Shown piece by piece: positions 1 through 10,149 of a stretch of 64,000 bases of DNA. The notes beneath the pieces are model-generated. The model saw only the letters and a program-made list of their open reading frames with translations. It made no database searches and was not told the DNA's origin. Source of the DNA: Bacteroidales bacterium (GTDB lineage: Bacteria; Bacteroidota; Bacteroidia; Bacteroidales; FEN-979). A program made the translations under genes and the position numbers. Each line of letters begins with the position of its first letter. Position 1 is the stretch's first letter. The DNA is taken from NCBI GenBank assembly GCA_023229525.1, contig JALNZC010000019.1:4914-68913 (forward strand), given 5' to 3'.

Positions 1-202
1 TATTTAATTCAGATGCCCAACTGTTACCAATACTGTTTCCTCCTTGAGAGCCACCCAGAATTATTAGGATAGCATTTTTATAATTTTTCGACTCAAACCA
101 GTCAGCTCTGAATCCATAGTCAGCAACCATTAATTTAGCGTTTTGTGCATCTACTATTGATATGGTGAAGATGGTGAAGATTAAAAAGAGTTTACTTTTC
201 AT
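1..202 (-). CDS. Secreted alpha/beta hydrolase (BAAT/acyl-CoA thioesterase-like), partial, runs off the left end
   Basis: Not in the ORF track. Manual translation from ATG 202: MKSKLFLIFTIFTISIVDAQ...ILIILGGSQGGNS. Signal peptide plus an LGGSxGG motif; start overlaps the stop of the upstream regulator. Confidence 0.6.
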   Translation of the reverse strand, partial: MKSKLFLIFTIFTISIVDAQNAKLMVADYGFRADWFESKNYKNAILIILGGSQGGNSIGNSWASELN

Positions 203-491
203 TTTTCTTGATATTTATGAATGACATTAGTGCTTTTACGTGTTTTTCGAAAGATTCTATTCCTTTTGGAGTAATCTTGCATGTAGTGAGTGGGATCTTT
301 CCTTTAAAAGATTTAGTAATTTGAATGTATCCTGCCTCATTTAGTTTTTGAAGTTGTGCACTCAGATTTCCATAAGTTGCACCTGTTTTTTCTTTCAAAA
401 AAATAAATGTTGCTTCTTCTAAACCAATAAGTAAACTAATTACTGCAAGACGCAACTCGGAATTTAATAGTGGGTCTAATGGCTCAAACAT
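192..491 (-). CDS. Winged-helix transcriptional regulator (HTH_34/MarR-ArsR-like)
   Basis: MFEPLDPLLNSELRLAVISLL...GATYGNLSAQLQKLNEAGYIQITKSFKGKIPLT. The internal Met at 491 overlaps the upstream stop and is the likely start. Confidence 0.85.
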   Translation of the reverse strand: MFEPLDPLLNSELRLAVISLLIGLEEATFIFLKEKTGATYGNLSAQLQKLNEAGYIQITKSFKGKIPLTTCKITPKGIESFEKHVKALMSFINIKKNEK

Positions 492-1071
492 GTTTTGTTT
501 CTTTATATCTTTTCCACAATAAAATTCCAGGAATAATATAACCAATAAAAATTGCAAATGCATTTATAAGAAGTTGATTTGGGACATCTGTTTGTGGGCA
601 AATAGCTGCTGTAATCCAAAATACAAATGATCCAAAAATTAAGGGTGCAAATCGATATAAGGCACCTGACACGAAAGTTGCTAACCCAACCAGTAATAAA
701 ATAAATGCAATTGGATTGATTCCAAATGAGAGACTGACAAAGATGCTTACGATTAGGGTTATGACAAAACCCATCCATAGATAACCATACATTTTATCGA
801 ATTTGCTACGAGTTTTCCCCTTCTTGCCTCTTCTATATTCGTAAATAAGTGCCACAGGTGCGCCTATTATTGGCATTATTGCCCATACCCAGTAAGATAC
901 ATGTGTCATGCCATTAGTAATTAACATGTACTGTGCTAGACTGGTGGCTATTATCAATATTCCCCATAACAAGAAATGAAACCCTGTTTCTGTAATCTTG
1001 TTTTTTGCCATATCTATCATTTCTTGAATGACTTGAAGGCTTTCTTCGTGTGATAATTCTTTTTTCTGCAT
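484..1071 (-). CDS. Multi-pass membrane protein of unknown function
   Basis: 195 aa with about 6 hydrophobic segments; ESLQVIQEMIDMAK N-terminus typical of membrane proteins paired with HTH_34 regulators. Confidence 0.8.
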   Translation of the reverse strand: MQKKELSHEESLQVIQEMIDMAKNKITETGFHFLLWGILIIATSLAQYMLITNGMTHVSYWVWAIMPIIGAPVALIYEYRRGKKGKTRSKFDKMYGYLWMGFVITLIVSIFVSLSFGINPIAFILLLVGLATFVSGALYRFAPLIFGSFVFWITAAICPQTDVPNQLLINAFAIFIGYIIPGILLWKRYKETKHV

Positions 1072-1101
1072 ATAATTTCTTTATAATTATTAAACATGTT
1101 G

Positions 1102-1131
1102 CAAATATAGTGTGCTTTATAATATAAACTA
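1102..1131 (-). promoter_or_regulatory. Bacteroidota sigma70 -7 box (TATATTTG) with an adjacent imperfect palindrome, possible autoregulatory operator
   Basis: caaatata at 1102-1109; gtgctttataatataaactac immediately upstream. Confidence 0.45.
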
Positions 1132-1201
1132 CATTTTATTTTATTTATTTTTCGAAAATGAATTTTCTCTTCCATGAGTTGTTATATCAATAAATATTTT
1201 A

Positions 1202-1593
1202 TCAAAATTCAGATTTTTTCAAATTTTTATACTTTTGTGTAGTTTTAGATCTTAAATCTTTTATCTGGAACAGATTTATGGGTTTTTCCTGCTCAATCTC
1301 ATCCTTTAAATAATCGTAATAGGTGATAAGTTTATAAATCCACAATTGTCCCACAACTTCTTCCGGATTTGATTTTCCATCTTCAATATAAATCTGTACT
1401 ACATTCTTATCAGAATGGAAAGAAGCCAATGTCTTTAAAAATAGATGGTTTTGCCGGTATTCTTTCCTGTTCCTGGTTTGGTGACAAGAGTTAAAATTTT
1501 ATTATAATCCAATTTGATACTGTCGAATTCAGCAAGTTCAAATTTAGTTGCAGGATCATGGAAGATTTTATCGAGGAGGTCGTGGAGCGTCAT
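1202..1593 (-). pseudogene. N-terminal remnant of a restriction-modification enzyme (HsdR_N-type / N6-methylase fusion)
   Basis: MTLHDLLDKIFHDPATKFEL...GKTIYF, frameshift at the A5 run 1437-1441, then LKTLASF...SNPEEVVGQLWIYKLITYYDYLKDEIEQEK (PEExVRQ-like motif); truncated shortly after. Confidence 0.55.
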
Positions 1594-1927
1594 TTTTACT
1601 TTCTTTTAGAATATAATGGACAAAACTAAGATATTTAATTGTTTGGATTTTGTATAGTTGTGCGTTAACTGATTTTTAATTAGGCACTTGCAATTCTAAA
1701 TCGATTGATTCTATTCATTGATTACATTATTAATTTGTTAAATGCTTGCTTCTTATTCCCAATGGAAATCCAGAACTTTAAAACGAAAACCAATACGGAC
1801 CAATACGGTCTAAAATTATAACGACAGAACTCCGGTAGAGGCGCTTATTGTATAGAGGTGGTGGACATCCATGAAACTAATCGAAATGTCGTACCTTTCA
1901 TGTCGTTTTAATGGAATTTATCTTTAA

Positions 1928-2809
1928 ATGCATATCGTCGAAATTAATCATCTGACAAAAACCTATGGACGGTCGCGGGGGATCGAGGATCTTAATCTAC
2001 GAATTCCGGAAGGTAATATCTTCGGTTTTATCGGACCCAATGGCGCCGGAAAGTCCACGACTATCCGCATTCTGCTGAACCTGATATTTCCCACATCCGG
2101 TAGCGCATCTATTTTCGGACTTGATGTGGTGAGGGATTCCAAAAAGATCCGCAGTCGTACCGGTTATGTTCCCTCCGATGCCAACCTTTACGGCCGGATG
2201 AAGGTGTTGGAATTCCTGAAGCTCATGGCGGCATTCTATAGCGCGGAAAACTATGATCATAGGATCCGTTATCTACTTGACCTTTTCGACCTCGATCCCG
2301 ACCGGAAAATCCCCGAATTATCCATGGGAAACAAAAAGAAGGTTTCGATCATCCAAGCCATGATCCATAGACCTGAACTACTGATCCTTGATGAACCTAC
2401 ATCCGGCCTTGACCCGCTGATCCAATCGCGGTTTTTTGAACTCCTTTACGAGGAGAACCGGCAGGGAACCACCATCTTTTTCTCGTCGCACACCCTGAGC
2501 GAGGTTCAGGCATTCTGTAAAACCGTGGCGATCGTTAGGGACGGAACGATTGTGAACGTTGAGGAGATCGCATCCCTGCGGAAAAAACAGCTGAAAAAAG
2601 TAAGGATACTCTTCCCGGTTGATAAAACCATTGAAGATTTCGACCTTGGCGGAATCGGTCCTGTGGAATCGGGGACAGGTAAAAACCTGATATTCTTCTA
2701 TTCGGGAGATATTAATGTATTGATTGGAAAAATGGCAGGACAAGAGATCGAAGACCTCTCCATCGAGGAACCATCCCTAGAGGAGATCTTTCTGCATTAT
2801 TACAAATAA
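1928..2809 (+). CDS. ABC transporter ATP-binding protein (ABC-2 exporter type)
   Basis: Walker A GPNGAGKST, signature LSMGN, Walker B LILDEPT, SSH switch. Confidence 0.95.
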   Translation: MHIVEINHLTKTYGRSRGIEDLNLRIPEGNIFGFIGPNGAGKSTTIRILLNLIFPTSGSASIFGLDVVRDSKKIRSRTGYVPSDANLYGRMKVLEFLKLMAAFYSAENYDHRIRYLLDLFDLDPDRKIPELSMGNKKKVSIIQAMIHRPELLILDEPTSGLDPLIQSRFFELLYEENRQGTTIFFSSHTLSEVQAFCKTVAIVRDGTIVNVEEIASLRKKQLKKVRILFPVDKTIEDFDLGGIGPVESGTGKNLIFFYSGDINVLIGKMAGQEIEDLSIEEPSLEEIFLHYYK

Positions 2810-3628
2810 GTGAGCAAAATGAACCGGATCCTTTTTCAATTGGAGTTGCGAAGAAATGCACGGAGTCTTATACTCTGGTCGGTTGTGATCGGATTGCTGG
2901 TTTTTTTCACCATGTCATTTTTCAGGACGGTTCTCCAGTACCAGCAACAGATCTCAGGAATGATTCAACTTGTTCCTGCTGCTGTCATTAAAATGAGGGG
3001 TTTTGCAAATATTAATGACATCTTTTCCATCATGGGATTCTATGCTGCCAACAATCTCATATACATGATGCTCCTTGGAAGTATTTACGCCATTATCCTG
3101 TCGTCCAATATCCTGTTGAAAGAGGAATACGGGAAAACTGCCGAATATCTGATGTCCCGACCCATAACACGCAGCAAAATATTCATATCAAAGTTGTTAC
3201 TGGTTTGTCTTAATATCGTCATCCTGAACATCCTGGTCACCCTGATCGGGTTTATTGCCATCCACGTGTATAAAAAAGGCACCTTTGAAATCCATCCCTT
3301 CCTGGTGATTTCACTGTACACCCTGTTGCTTAACCTCCTGTTTGGCGCACTCGGATTTTTAATCTCAGTGATGATGAAACGGGCACGACCTGTTACTTCA
3401 TTTTGTGTCGGACTGGTTCTGGTTCTCTATTTCCTCTACAGCATTTCACGAATGTCGGGAGTTGACGGGACCTTCGGCTATCTCAGCCCGTTCAAATGGG
3501 TGAACGTTGATTTACTCTCGCCAACGTACGGAGTTGAAATGTGGAGGACTGCCGCCTTCATCGGGACCATTACGCTACTGATACTGTTATCCGGATTGAT
3601 ATACCGCCGGAAGGATATCCTGACCTGA
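2810..3628 (+). CDS. ABC-2 type transporter permease
   Basis: Six hydrophobic segments, KEEYGKTAEYLMSRPITRSKI motif, abuts the ATPase gene. Confidence 0.9.
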   Translation: MSKMNRILFQLELRRNARSLILWSVVIGLLVFFTMSFFRTVLQYQQQISGMIQLVPAAVIKMRGFANINDIFSIMGFYAANNLIYMMLLGSIYAIILSSNILLKEEYGKTAEYLMSRPITRSKIFISKLLLVCLNIVILNILVTLIGFIAIHVYKKGTFEIHPFLVISLYTLLLNLLFGALGFLISVMMKRARPVTSFCVGLVLVLYFLYSISRMSGVDGTFGYLSPFKWVNVDLLSPTYGVEMWRTAAFIGTITLLILLSGLIYRRKDILT

Positions 3629-3799
3629 AATATGCATTTCAGGAACACGCTTTATCTCTTCATCGTATTTATCACGAATGTTTTCAGCCGTTTCGCTTGG
3701 AAAATATCGATCTTCCCATTGCTGGTATACCTGTTTTATCCTAACTTTATCGCGTGACTTCCTTCTGAAATTATTTCCTTTACCTGAAATAACCGTCGA

Positions 3800-6778
3800 T
3801 TGAACTTTCTGAAAATCTGTCTTCTTGTTTTAATAGTTTGTTCCCATTTATTCTTCTTTGGCCAGGGGGGTGAGTTAACAGAGACTCTTTTTGTTACTCC
3901 ATTTGGTGTTGAGCAAGGTCTCCGGCAGAGTATGGTTAGCAGGGTCATCCAGGATAGCCACGGTCTGATCTGGATGACAACAGGAGACGGTTTGCATTAT
4001 TTCGACGGGAAAAAGTTCAAAGCGTTTAGGGTACCCATCGACGGAGTATATACCCATACCGACAATCTTATGCGCGACCTCATTGAGGGCAGCCCGGGAA
4101 TTCTCACCATCTCTACTTCTTCATCCCTGCTTAACTTCAATACTTCAACGGGAAAATTTTCTATTGCTTTTCGCAAGGATAACAGCTATCCTGTATTATT
4201 TGATCCGTCAATAAACTACAAGCCGACTGGTTGGATCAAGGAAATTAAATTTTGCCTGGTAGGTGATGACCGGATAATTCGCCAGAACCTCATTTTTGAA
4301 ACATCACAAAAACTACCTGAAAATTTTATTCCCAAACATGCAATCAGGAGCAAATCCGGTGAATTACTGATTTATAATGAATCTGGGATGCTCATCATTA
4401 CCCATGATAAAGAAAATACAGGATCAAACTTCCGCGCGAAGTGGATGCCAATCCCTTTCTGCCAGGCCTTAGCCACAGACAGGAATGGCCGGATGTTTAT
4501 ACTAAAACACGGCACGATTTACGAATACTTCGGAACAGGTGAAATGAAGATACTCTTCAATACCAGGCTTTCGGGTAATTTGAACCTTTTTATCGACAGC
4601 AAGAACAACTTCTGGATAACGAATCAATATAATCAGCTATACAGGATTTCAGATGGAGCTCTGCGGCAGATTAAGTTTCGTTACCAGGACGGAATGCATA
4701 TAGACTCAATTTCTTCCGATGTACGATCGGTTTTCGAAGATAACCACAACAATATCTGGTTCGGAACCGACGGTCATGGCGTTTTGCTGTACTCTCCGGG
4801 AGCAGTACGGTTCAATCGTTCTGATATCGGCTTTACGCGTTGCCTCACCTGGTTCAACAATGAAATCTGGGCCGGCACATATAATAACGGGCTTTGGAGG
4901 ATAACACCAGATTTGTCCAGGTCCAGGCAGGTATATCATAAAGGTTTTCGGAATGGGATATATTTTCTTGATATGACTGTCGACAGGAAAGGAAGGCTCT
5001 GGATTGCAACTACCCGTGGACTTGAAGTACTGGACCAGGCCGGCCATACCATATTCAAACAAGCGCTTTATTGCAGCAAAGCAAAACTGATTCCCGAAAA
5101 TGATGATACGCTTACTTTTTTTTGCGATACACAGTTGCGTCGTTATATTTCAGGTGATGACATCTACATCCTCCAAACTATTGATTTTGTTCCTGTTTCA
5201 ACATTTTTGTGCACCGGGGATGCATTTTGGATCGGTAATCAATACGGACTTTACCGGGGGATGAAAAAATCGGGATATCACAAGAACTGTATTTTTAAAG
5301 TCCAAAATCAACTGGCAAATACGGCCGTATATTCATTGATTGTTTACGAAGGAAATATCTGGGCAGCGACTAGCAATGGCATTGAGATCTTCGGCCAGGA
5401 CGGGAAGCAAAAAAAGATCCCTGTCTGTCTCAAGGAATTGCAGAACGAGATCATTTATTCGTTGCTGCCAGATGACATGGGCCGGATTTGGTTCACATGC
5501 AATCACGGCATGGGATGTATCAACCTTAAACATCAAGGGGTTGTATATTTCAACATGCGGAACAATCTCCAGTCACTTGAATTCAATTCAAATGCTGCTT
5601 GCCGAACACCGGACGGAAAACTCTATTTCGGTGGAATCCATGGTATTAACGGATTTGATCCCGCCTGGTTCAATCCCCGGAAAACAACTTCAAAAGTCAG
5701 GCTGATCTCTCTTATGGTTTCTGATTCGGCATATTCTGAAGGAATTCCGCCCGATAGTACATCAATAATACTGGACCGGAAAGCGCCTCATATCAGCGGC
5801 AGGGTCTTCAGCGCCGACTATACATATAGTTATGCCGGTTCACAGGTTTTTTCCTTTTTACTCGACGGATATCCGCAAAGTTGGAGCAAACCCTCTCCCG
5901 ATGCTGAATTCAATTATCGTAACCTGCCTTACGGGAAATACCGGTTGCTGGTTAAATGCGCTGATCCATGGCTAAACTGGAGCAAGCCGGTTACACTGCT
6001 CGTGATCACACATAACCCGCCTGTATGGAAGACCGGATGGTTCCTGCTGGTACTGGTTTCCATGATCACCCTCGTCACAGCATACGTGGCAAGAAAATTA
6101 AATTCGATTCGTTATAAACGACGAATCCATATACTGGAACAACAAAGTGCCATCGAAAATGAGCGACTTCGGATTTCCAAAGATATGCATGATGACCTTG
6201 GAGCAAGCCTGACACGCATCTCCATTCTGAGTGAACTGGCCAAAAAACAACAACATGATCCTATTCAATCGCGACAGATTATTGAACAGATATCAGACAT
6301 TTCCGGAAATGTCGTGGATGATATGAGTGAGATTATCTGGGCCATGAATCCCCGCAATGATACCTTCGACAGCTTTACTTCCTATATCAGGCAATATACG
6401 CTGTCCTATCTTGAATCTGCCGGAATTGATGGTCAATTCTTGCTGCCTGAATCGGGTTCTTCGCTGCCCATGACATCGGAGTTAAGGAGGAATCTGTTCC
6501 TGACCGTCAAAGAAGCGTTGCATAACATTGTAAAGCATTCGGGTGCGCACAAGGTGTATATTAAGCTGCAACTCACCGCATCACACTTTCAAATCAATAT
6601 AATTGATGATGGTAAGGGGTTTTCTGTTGAGGAGACAAAAGGGTGGGGAAATGGTTTGATCAATATGCGCAAGCGGATGGAAGACCTTGGAGGCCGGTTT
6701 GATATCACATCCGGGTTTACGAAAGGAACAACCATTGAATTGTCTGTTTTTCTGCCGGATTATGAAAAGTCACATTAA
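3800..6778 (+). CDS. Sensor histidine kinase with periplasmic beta-propeller, Y_Y_Y domain and HisKA_3/HATPase_c
   Basis: Reg_prop repeats (IQDSHGLIW, EDNHNNIWFGT), YRNLPYGKY, a TM helix, ERLRISKDMHDDLG, EALHNIVKHS, DDGKGF, GNGLINM. Confidence 0.93.
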   Translation: MNFLKICLLVLIVCSHLFFFGQGGELTETLFVTPFGVEQGLRQSMVSRVIQDSHGLIWMTTGDGLHYFDGKKFKAFRVPIDGVYTHTDNLMRDLIEGSPGILTISTSSSLLNFNTSTGKFSIAFRKDNSYPVLFDPSINYKPTGWIKEIKFCLVGDDRIIRQNLIFETSQKLPENFIPKHAIRSKSGELLIYNESGMLIITHDKENTGSNFRAKWMPIPFCQALATDRNGRMFILKHGTIYEYFGTGEMKILFNTRLSGNLNLFIDSKNNFWITNQYNQLYRISDGALRQIKFRYQDGMHIDSISSDVRSVFEDNHNNIWFGTDGHGVLLYSPGAVRFNRSDIGFTRCLTWFNNEIWAGTYNNGLWRITPDLSRSRQVYHKGFRNGIYFLDMTVDRKGRLWIATTRGLEVLDQAGHTIFKQALYCSKAKLIPENDDTLTFFCDTQLRRYISGDDIYILQTIDFVPVSTFLCTGDAFWIGNQYGLYRGMKKSGYHKNCIFKVQNQLANTAVYSLIVYEGNIWAATSNGIEIFGQDGKQKKIPVCLKELQNEIIYSLLPDDMGRIWFTCNHGMGCINLKHQGVVYFNMRNNLQSLEFNSNAACRTPDGKLYFGGIHGINGFDPAWFNPRKTTSKVRLISLMVSDSAYSEGIPPDSTSIILDRKAPHISGRVFSADYTYSYAGSQVFSFLLDGYPQSWSKPSPDAEFNYRNLPYGKYRLLVKCADPWLNWSKPVTLLVITHNPPVWKTGWFLLVLVSMITLVTAYVARKLNSIRYKRRIHILEQQSAIENERLRISKDMHDDLGASLTRISILSELAKKQQHDPIQSRQIIEQISDISGNVVDDMSEIIWAMNPRNDTFDSFTSYIRQYTLSYLESAGIDGQFLLPESGSSLPMTSELRRNLFLTVKEALHNIVKHSGAHKVYIKLQLTASHFQINIIDDGKGFSVEETKGWGNGLINMRKRMEDLGGRFDITSGFTKGTTIELSVFLPDYEKSH

Positions 6779-6815
6779 ATGGTGATGCATCTTCTGTTTT
6801 CAGATAATACATTTG
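6765..6815 (+). promoter_or_regulatory. Putative response-regulator box (TCACATnAAATGGTGAT) and -7 box TACATTTG
   Basis: aaaagtcacattaaatggtgatg; a near-identical copy lies at 7514-7536 with similar spacing to a -7 box. Confidence 0.6.
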
Positions 6816-6846
6816 TATTCCGGGATTTATTAAACCATGACGAGCC

Positions 6847-7479
6847 ATGTCTGAAGAAATTGAAGTAATGATTGTGGAGGATGACCAAGCCGTACGTGAA
6901 GGGTTAAAATTTCTGATCAACGGCTCGACGGGGTACCGGTGTGTCGCAGCCTGTTCAACGGCAGAAGAGGCTCTCCGCGAAATTATCCATCATCAACCTC
7001 AGGTGGTACTAATGGATATCCATCTGCCCGGTATGAATGGAATTGAATGCGTGGTCGGTATCAGGAATATGTTCCCGGAAATTCAAATCATGATGCTCAC
7101 GGTTTTTAATAATGCTGAGGAGATATTCAAATCACTGGCAGCCGGCGCTACCGGTTATATGCTTAAAAAGACCCCTCCTGCCAAGCTTCTCGAAGCAATC
7201 AGTGAACTGGTTCAGGGGGGATCGCCCATGAGCGGTGAAATTGCCAGGAAAGTAGTTCAGACTTTTGCCAAACCGTCCCATCACTCTTTCCCAGGATCAG
7301 GCCTCACTGCAAGGGAAGAAGAAATACTCGCCTACCTGTCAAAGGGATACCTCTACAAAGAGATCGCGGCTTCGTTATTTATCAGTATCGAGACCGTACG
7401 TACCCATATCCGGAAGATTTACCAGAAACTCCAGGTAAACACCCGCACAGAGGCTTTGCTCGTGTACATGAAGCATTGA
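6847..7479 (+). CDS. NarL/LuxR-family response regulator
   Basis: Receiver domain (VEDD, MDIHLPGMNG, GYMLKK) plus LuxR HTH (LTAREEEIL...YKEIAASLFISIETVRTHIRKIYQKL). Confidence 0.95.
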   Translation: MSEEIEVMIVEDDQAVREGLKFLINGSTGYRCVAACSTAEEALREIIHHQPQVVLMDIHLPGMNGIECVVGIRNMFPEIQIMMLTVFNNAEEIFKSLAAGATGYMLKKTPPAKLLEAISELVQGGSPMSGEIARKVVQTFAKPSHHSFPGSGLTAREEEILAYLSKGYLYKEIAASLFISIETVRTHIRKIYQKLQVNTRTEALLVYMKH

Positions 7480-7513
7480 ATTTCCCGCTTCCTTAATTTT
7501 TCGATCCCCTTGC

Positions 7514-7564
7514 AAAATCACATGAAATGGTGATTGCCGGTTATGAATTTGAACCTCACCTTTG
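7514..7564 (+). promoter_or_regulatory. Second copy of the putative response-regulator box and a -7-like box CACCTTTG
   Basis: aaaatcacatgaaatggtgattg has ATCAC...GTGAT dyad symmetry and lies upstream of the PQQ-like gene. Confidence 0.6.
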
Positions 7565-7744
7565 CCCGTTATTCAATAAACCTGTTTATGAAAAAAACAC
7601 CCCTTTTTCTGCTTGCAATTTCGTATTCAATCTGTCAAATTTCCGAAGGAAGATTTTAGGTTGTTAATTTCACGAACCAAAACATCGGTTTTCCTGGAAA
7701 GTTTTTGAAGAATAATTTATCAATTCATTAATAAAATCAAACCT

Positions 7745-9700
7745 ATGAAAACTCAATTGATCAGACGTCACCTGGTTCTTGCAACAATGTTCATGTTATT
7801 GTTCATGTTATTGATCCCTGCATTAGATTTAATTGCCGGCGGACCTGCTTTCCGTGAACTTCAGAGCATCAAGCTTCCATTTACCCCTTCAACACACTGT
7901 TATACCCATACCAGCGATTTTAATTTTTTTCTTTGTTCCACTAAGTCGGATATGCTGATGTTCGATGGTATTACCGGAAAAATCCTGTGGCAAAAGAATT
8001 TTGAAAAGGATTTTAACAATAAAAAATTTTCGAACCAATTCTGGAACAAGTATGCCAATGTAATACTTGTGTACGATGAAGACACAAAAAAAGGAATTGC
8101 AACGAAATACTTCATTGATGGTAAAACCGGAAAGTTGCTTTGGAGCAGCGACAAATATGTATCTGATTTCGGAAACTATGAGCTCTCCTCCGGTTTCAGC
8201 AACTATTATGATCCGGGAACCAATGGGGTATTATTGCCTGCAAAGGAAAGTGTTGATTTGGTGGAAGTGAATACGGGGAAAACACTTTGGTCAAAACCAA
8301 TAACACTCACAGGCAAGGCGAAGGACTTTGACTGCTTTATCATGACTTACTATGACCTCGTCAAGATTATTTCAGGAAAGGGCAATGAAACATTCCTTAC
8401 CGTTACCGACGGAAAAGAGGTTACCGATATTGACCCGTATTTTAATAAAAAGAAATACCTGGGTAGCCGCCAACATTCCCTGATCATCGACATTCCCGAT
8501 AAGAATATGTATATCCTGATGTTGGGAGAAACCAATGAAGCATTCAGGTTTCTTGCCGGGATAGATATTCCAAAAAGGAAAATGACGTTTAAAGGGTATA
8601 ATTCCAAAACAGATCAGGAGTTGTGGAGTAAAGTTTATACCATAACCTACGCCATGGATTGGGTAACCAACCGCGATCAGTTCATCAGATTGCTTTATGA
8701 CGACGGTAAGTTATTTGTTGAACATAACCCGGATAATAAAGCGAATACAGGACTTACCGTGTTAAATCCTGAGAATGGAGATCTGATGTGGGAAGGTTTT
8801 TTTACCTCCAGTGAAATAAAAACGTCCGGGCTCAGTAAGTGTTTGCTTACACCATTCCCTGCTCCTGATCCGGTAACCCTGAATGGGAAAACGTACGTGG
8901 TAAACAAAGTGAAAAATATCGTTACATGTTACGATGCCAATTCCGGAGCAAAGAATTGGGATTCGGAAAAATTCCCGGATGCACAGAAAATCCCTTCGTT
9001 TTTCGTATCCGATGGGTTGGTCATCATGGGTTATGGCGGTGATGAACTCAAATGTGCCACCATTGTCCAGACCAACGGTCCTTCGATAAACAGGTATGAG
9101 TACAATAATAAGGACAAGTATGGTATTATCGCTTATGATGCCGCCACAGGAAAGGAAGTTTGGAGTAACGAAACCATCGAAAAAAAGGCCAGGGACAAGT
9201 TTGATTTTATTGCAGGTCTAAAAATGATTGATGGGAAATTATTCTGCGCAACGGATAAAAATTTCTTCATTTTAGATCCTAAATCGGGCAATGTTTTGAA
9301 CAGTATTCCTGTAGCCAAAGAGAAATTGGGCGATGCCTGGAAAATGTATTACTTTGAAAAAGAGAAAAAAATTATTCTGAATTGTGAAAAAGGTATCGTG
9401 AAAATAAATCCTGAAACCATAAAAATTGAAGGAATCGTAAAAACTCCAACGGTGCCTTTTTACCAGGCCTCCAAGTTTATGAATGCTGACGACACCTACC
9501 AGGATTATGCAATCTTTACCAGTGGTGATGCGGTAAAAATGAAATTCAAGGAGTTTGCTTCTGTCGACCTCGACAATATGCGTATTCGCGGAGTTGAAGA
9601 TGGAGATTTGCTGTTTTATAACATATCCCATTTCAGCGATGGCGGTGAAATGTTTTACAAGGTGGACGGAGAGGTGATCAAACTCTATTCGGTCAAATAA
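7745..9700 (+). CDS. Secreted PQQ-binding-like beta-propeller repeat protein
   Basis: Signal peptide; repeated DGxTGKxLW / YDAATGKEVW blade motifs. Confidence 0.8.
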   Translation: MKTQLIRRHLVLATMFMLLFMLLIPALDLIAGGPAFRELQSIKLPFTPSTHCYTHTSDFNFFLCSTKSDMLMFDGITGKILWQKNFEKDFNNKKFSNQFWNKYANVILVYDEDTKKGIATKYFIDGKTGKLLWSSDKYVSDFGNYELSSGFSNYYDPGTNGVLLPAKESVDLVEVNTGKTLWSKPITLTGKAKDFDCFIMTYYDLVKIISGKGNETFLTVTDGKEVTDIDPYFNKKKYLGSRQHSLIIDIPDKNMYILMLGETNEAFRFLAGIDIPKRKMTFKGYNSKTDQELWSKVYTITYAMDWVTNRDQFIRLLYDDGKLFVEHNPDNKANTGLTVLNPENGDLMWEGFFTSSEIKTSGLSKCLLTPFPAPDPVTLNGKTYVVNKVKNIVTCYDANSGAKNWDSEKFPDAQKIPSFFVSDGLVIMGYGGDELKCATIVQTNGPSINRYEYNNKDKYGIIAYDAATGKEVWSNETIEKKARDKFDFIAGLKMIDGKLFCATDKNFFILDPKSGNVLNSIPVAKEKLGDAWKMYYFEKEKKIILNCEKGIVKINPETIKIEGIVKTPTVPFYQASKFMNADDTYQDYAIFTSGDAVKMKFKEFASVDLDNMRIRGVEDGDLLFYNISHFSDGGEMFYKVDGEVIKLYSVK

Positions 9701-9799
9701 AAATGCCAATTCTTTAAATTCATGATGAAACTGGCAGATCCGTTTTGAATACAACTTTGACATATATTGAATAATTCCTCCTTGTTCTGTTGTTGAAGA

Positions 9800-9825
9800 G
9801 AGTCGTAACATTAACGTTACGACTC
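9800..9825. repeat. Inverted repeat (REP-like or terminator hairpin)
   Basis: gagtcgtaac-attaac-gttacgactc, a perfect 10-bp stem downstream of the PQQ-like gene. Confidence 0.55.
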
Positions 9826-10149
9826 AAACTTCCTGTGACTTCCATCGTAAAAAACAGCAGAGAGATAAACCACATTTAACAAGGTTTTATTGCATTTTCA
9901 TCTTTAGGGTGGTAAAATATCTCTGGGTATTTACCAAATTATTTACGTAACTTCGCCCGGTCATTTTATTGGAAGAACCTTGGCTCTTTAATGTTTTTTC
10001 TAATGACCGATTCCAAAAACAAGCTATTTACATTCATTACAAGTCCGCATTTCGTTAACATTGAGGTGTCTGATCTTCTTGATGATTTCAATAACCTGAC
10101 GGGACCAGGGTTTCAATCAAAATACCTATTCATCTAAAGTACAATCTAT

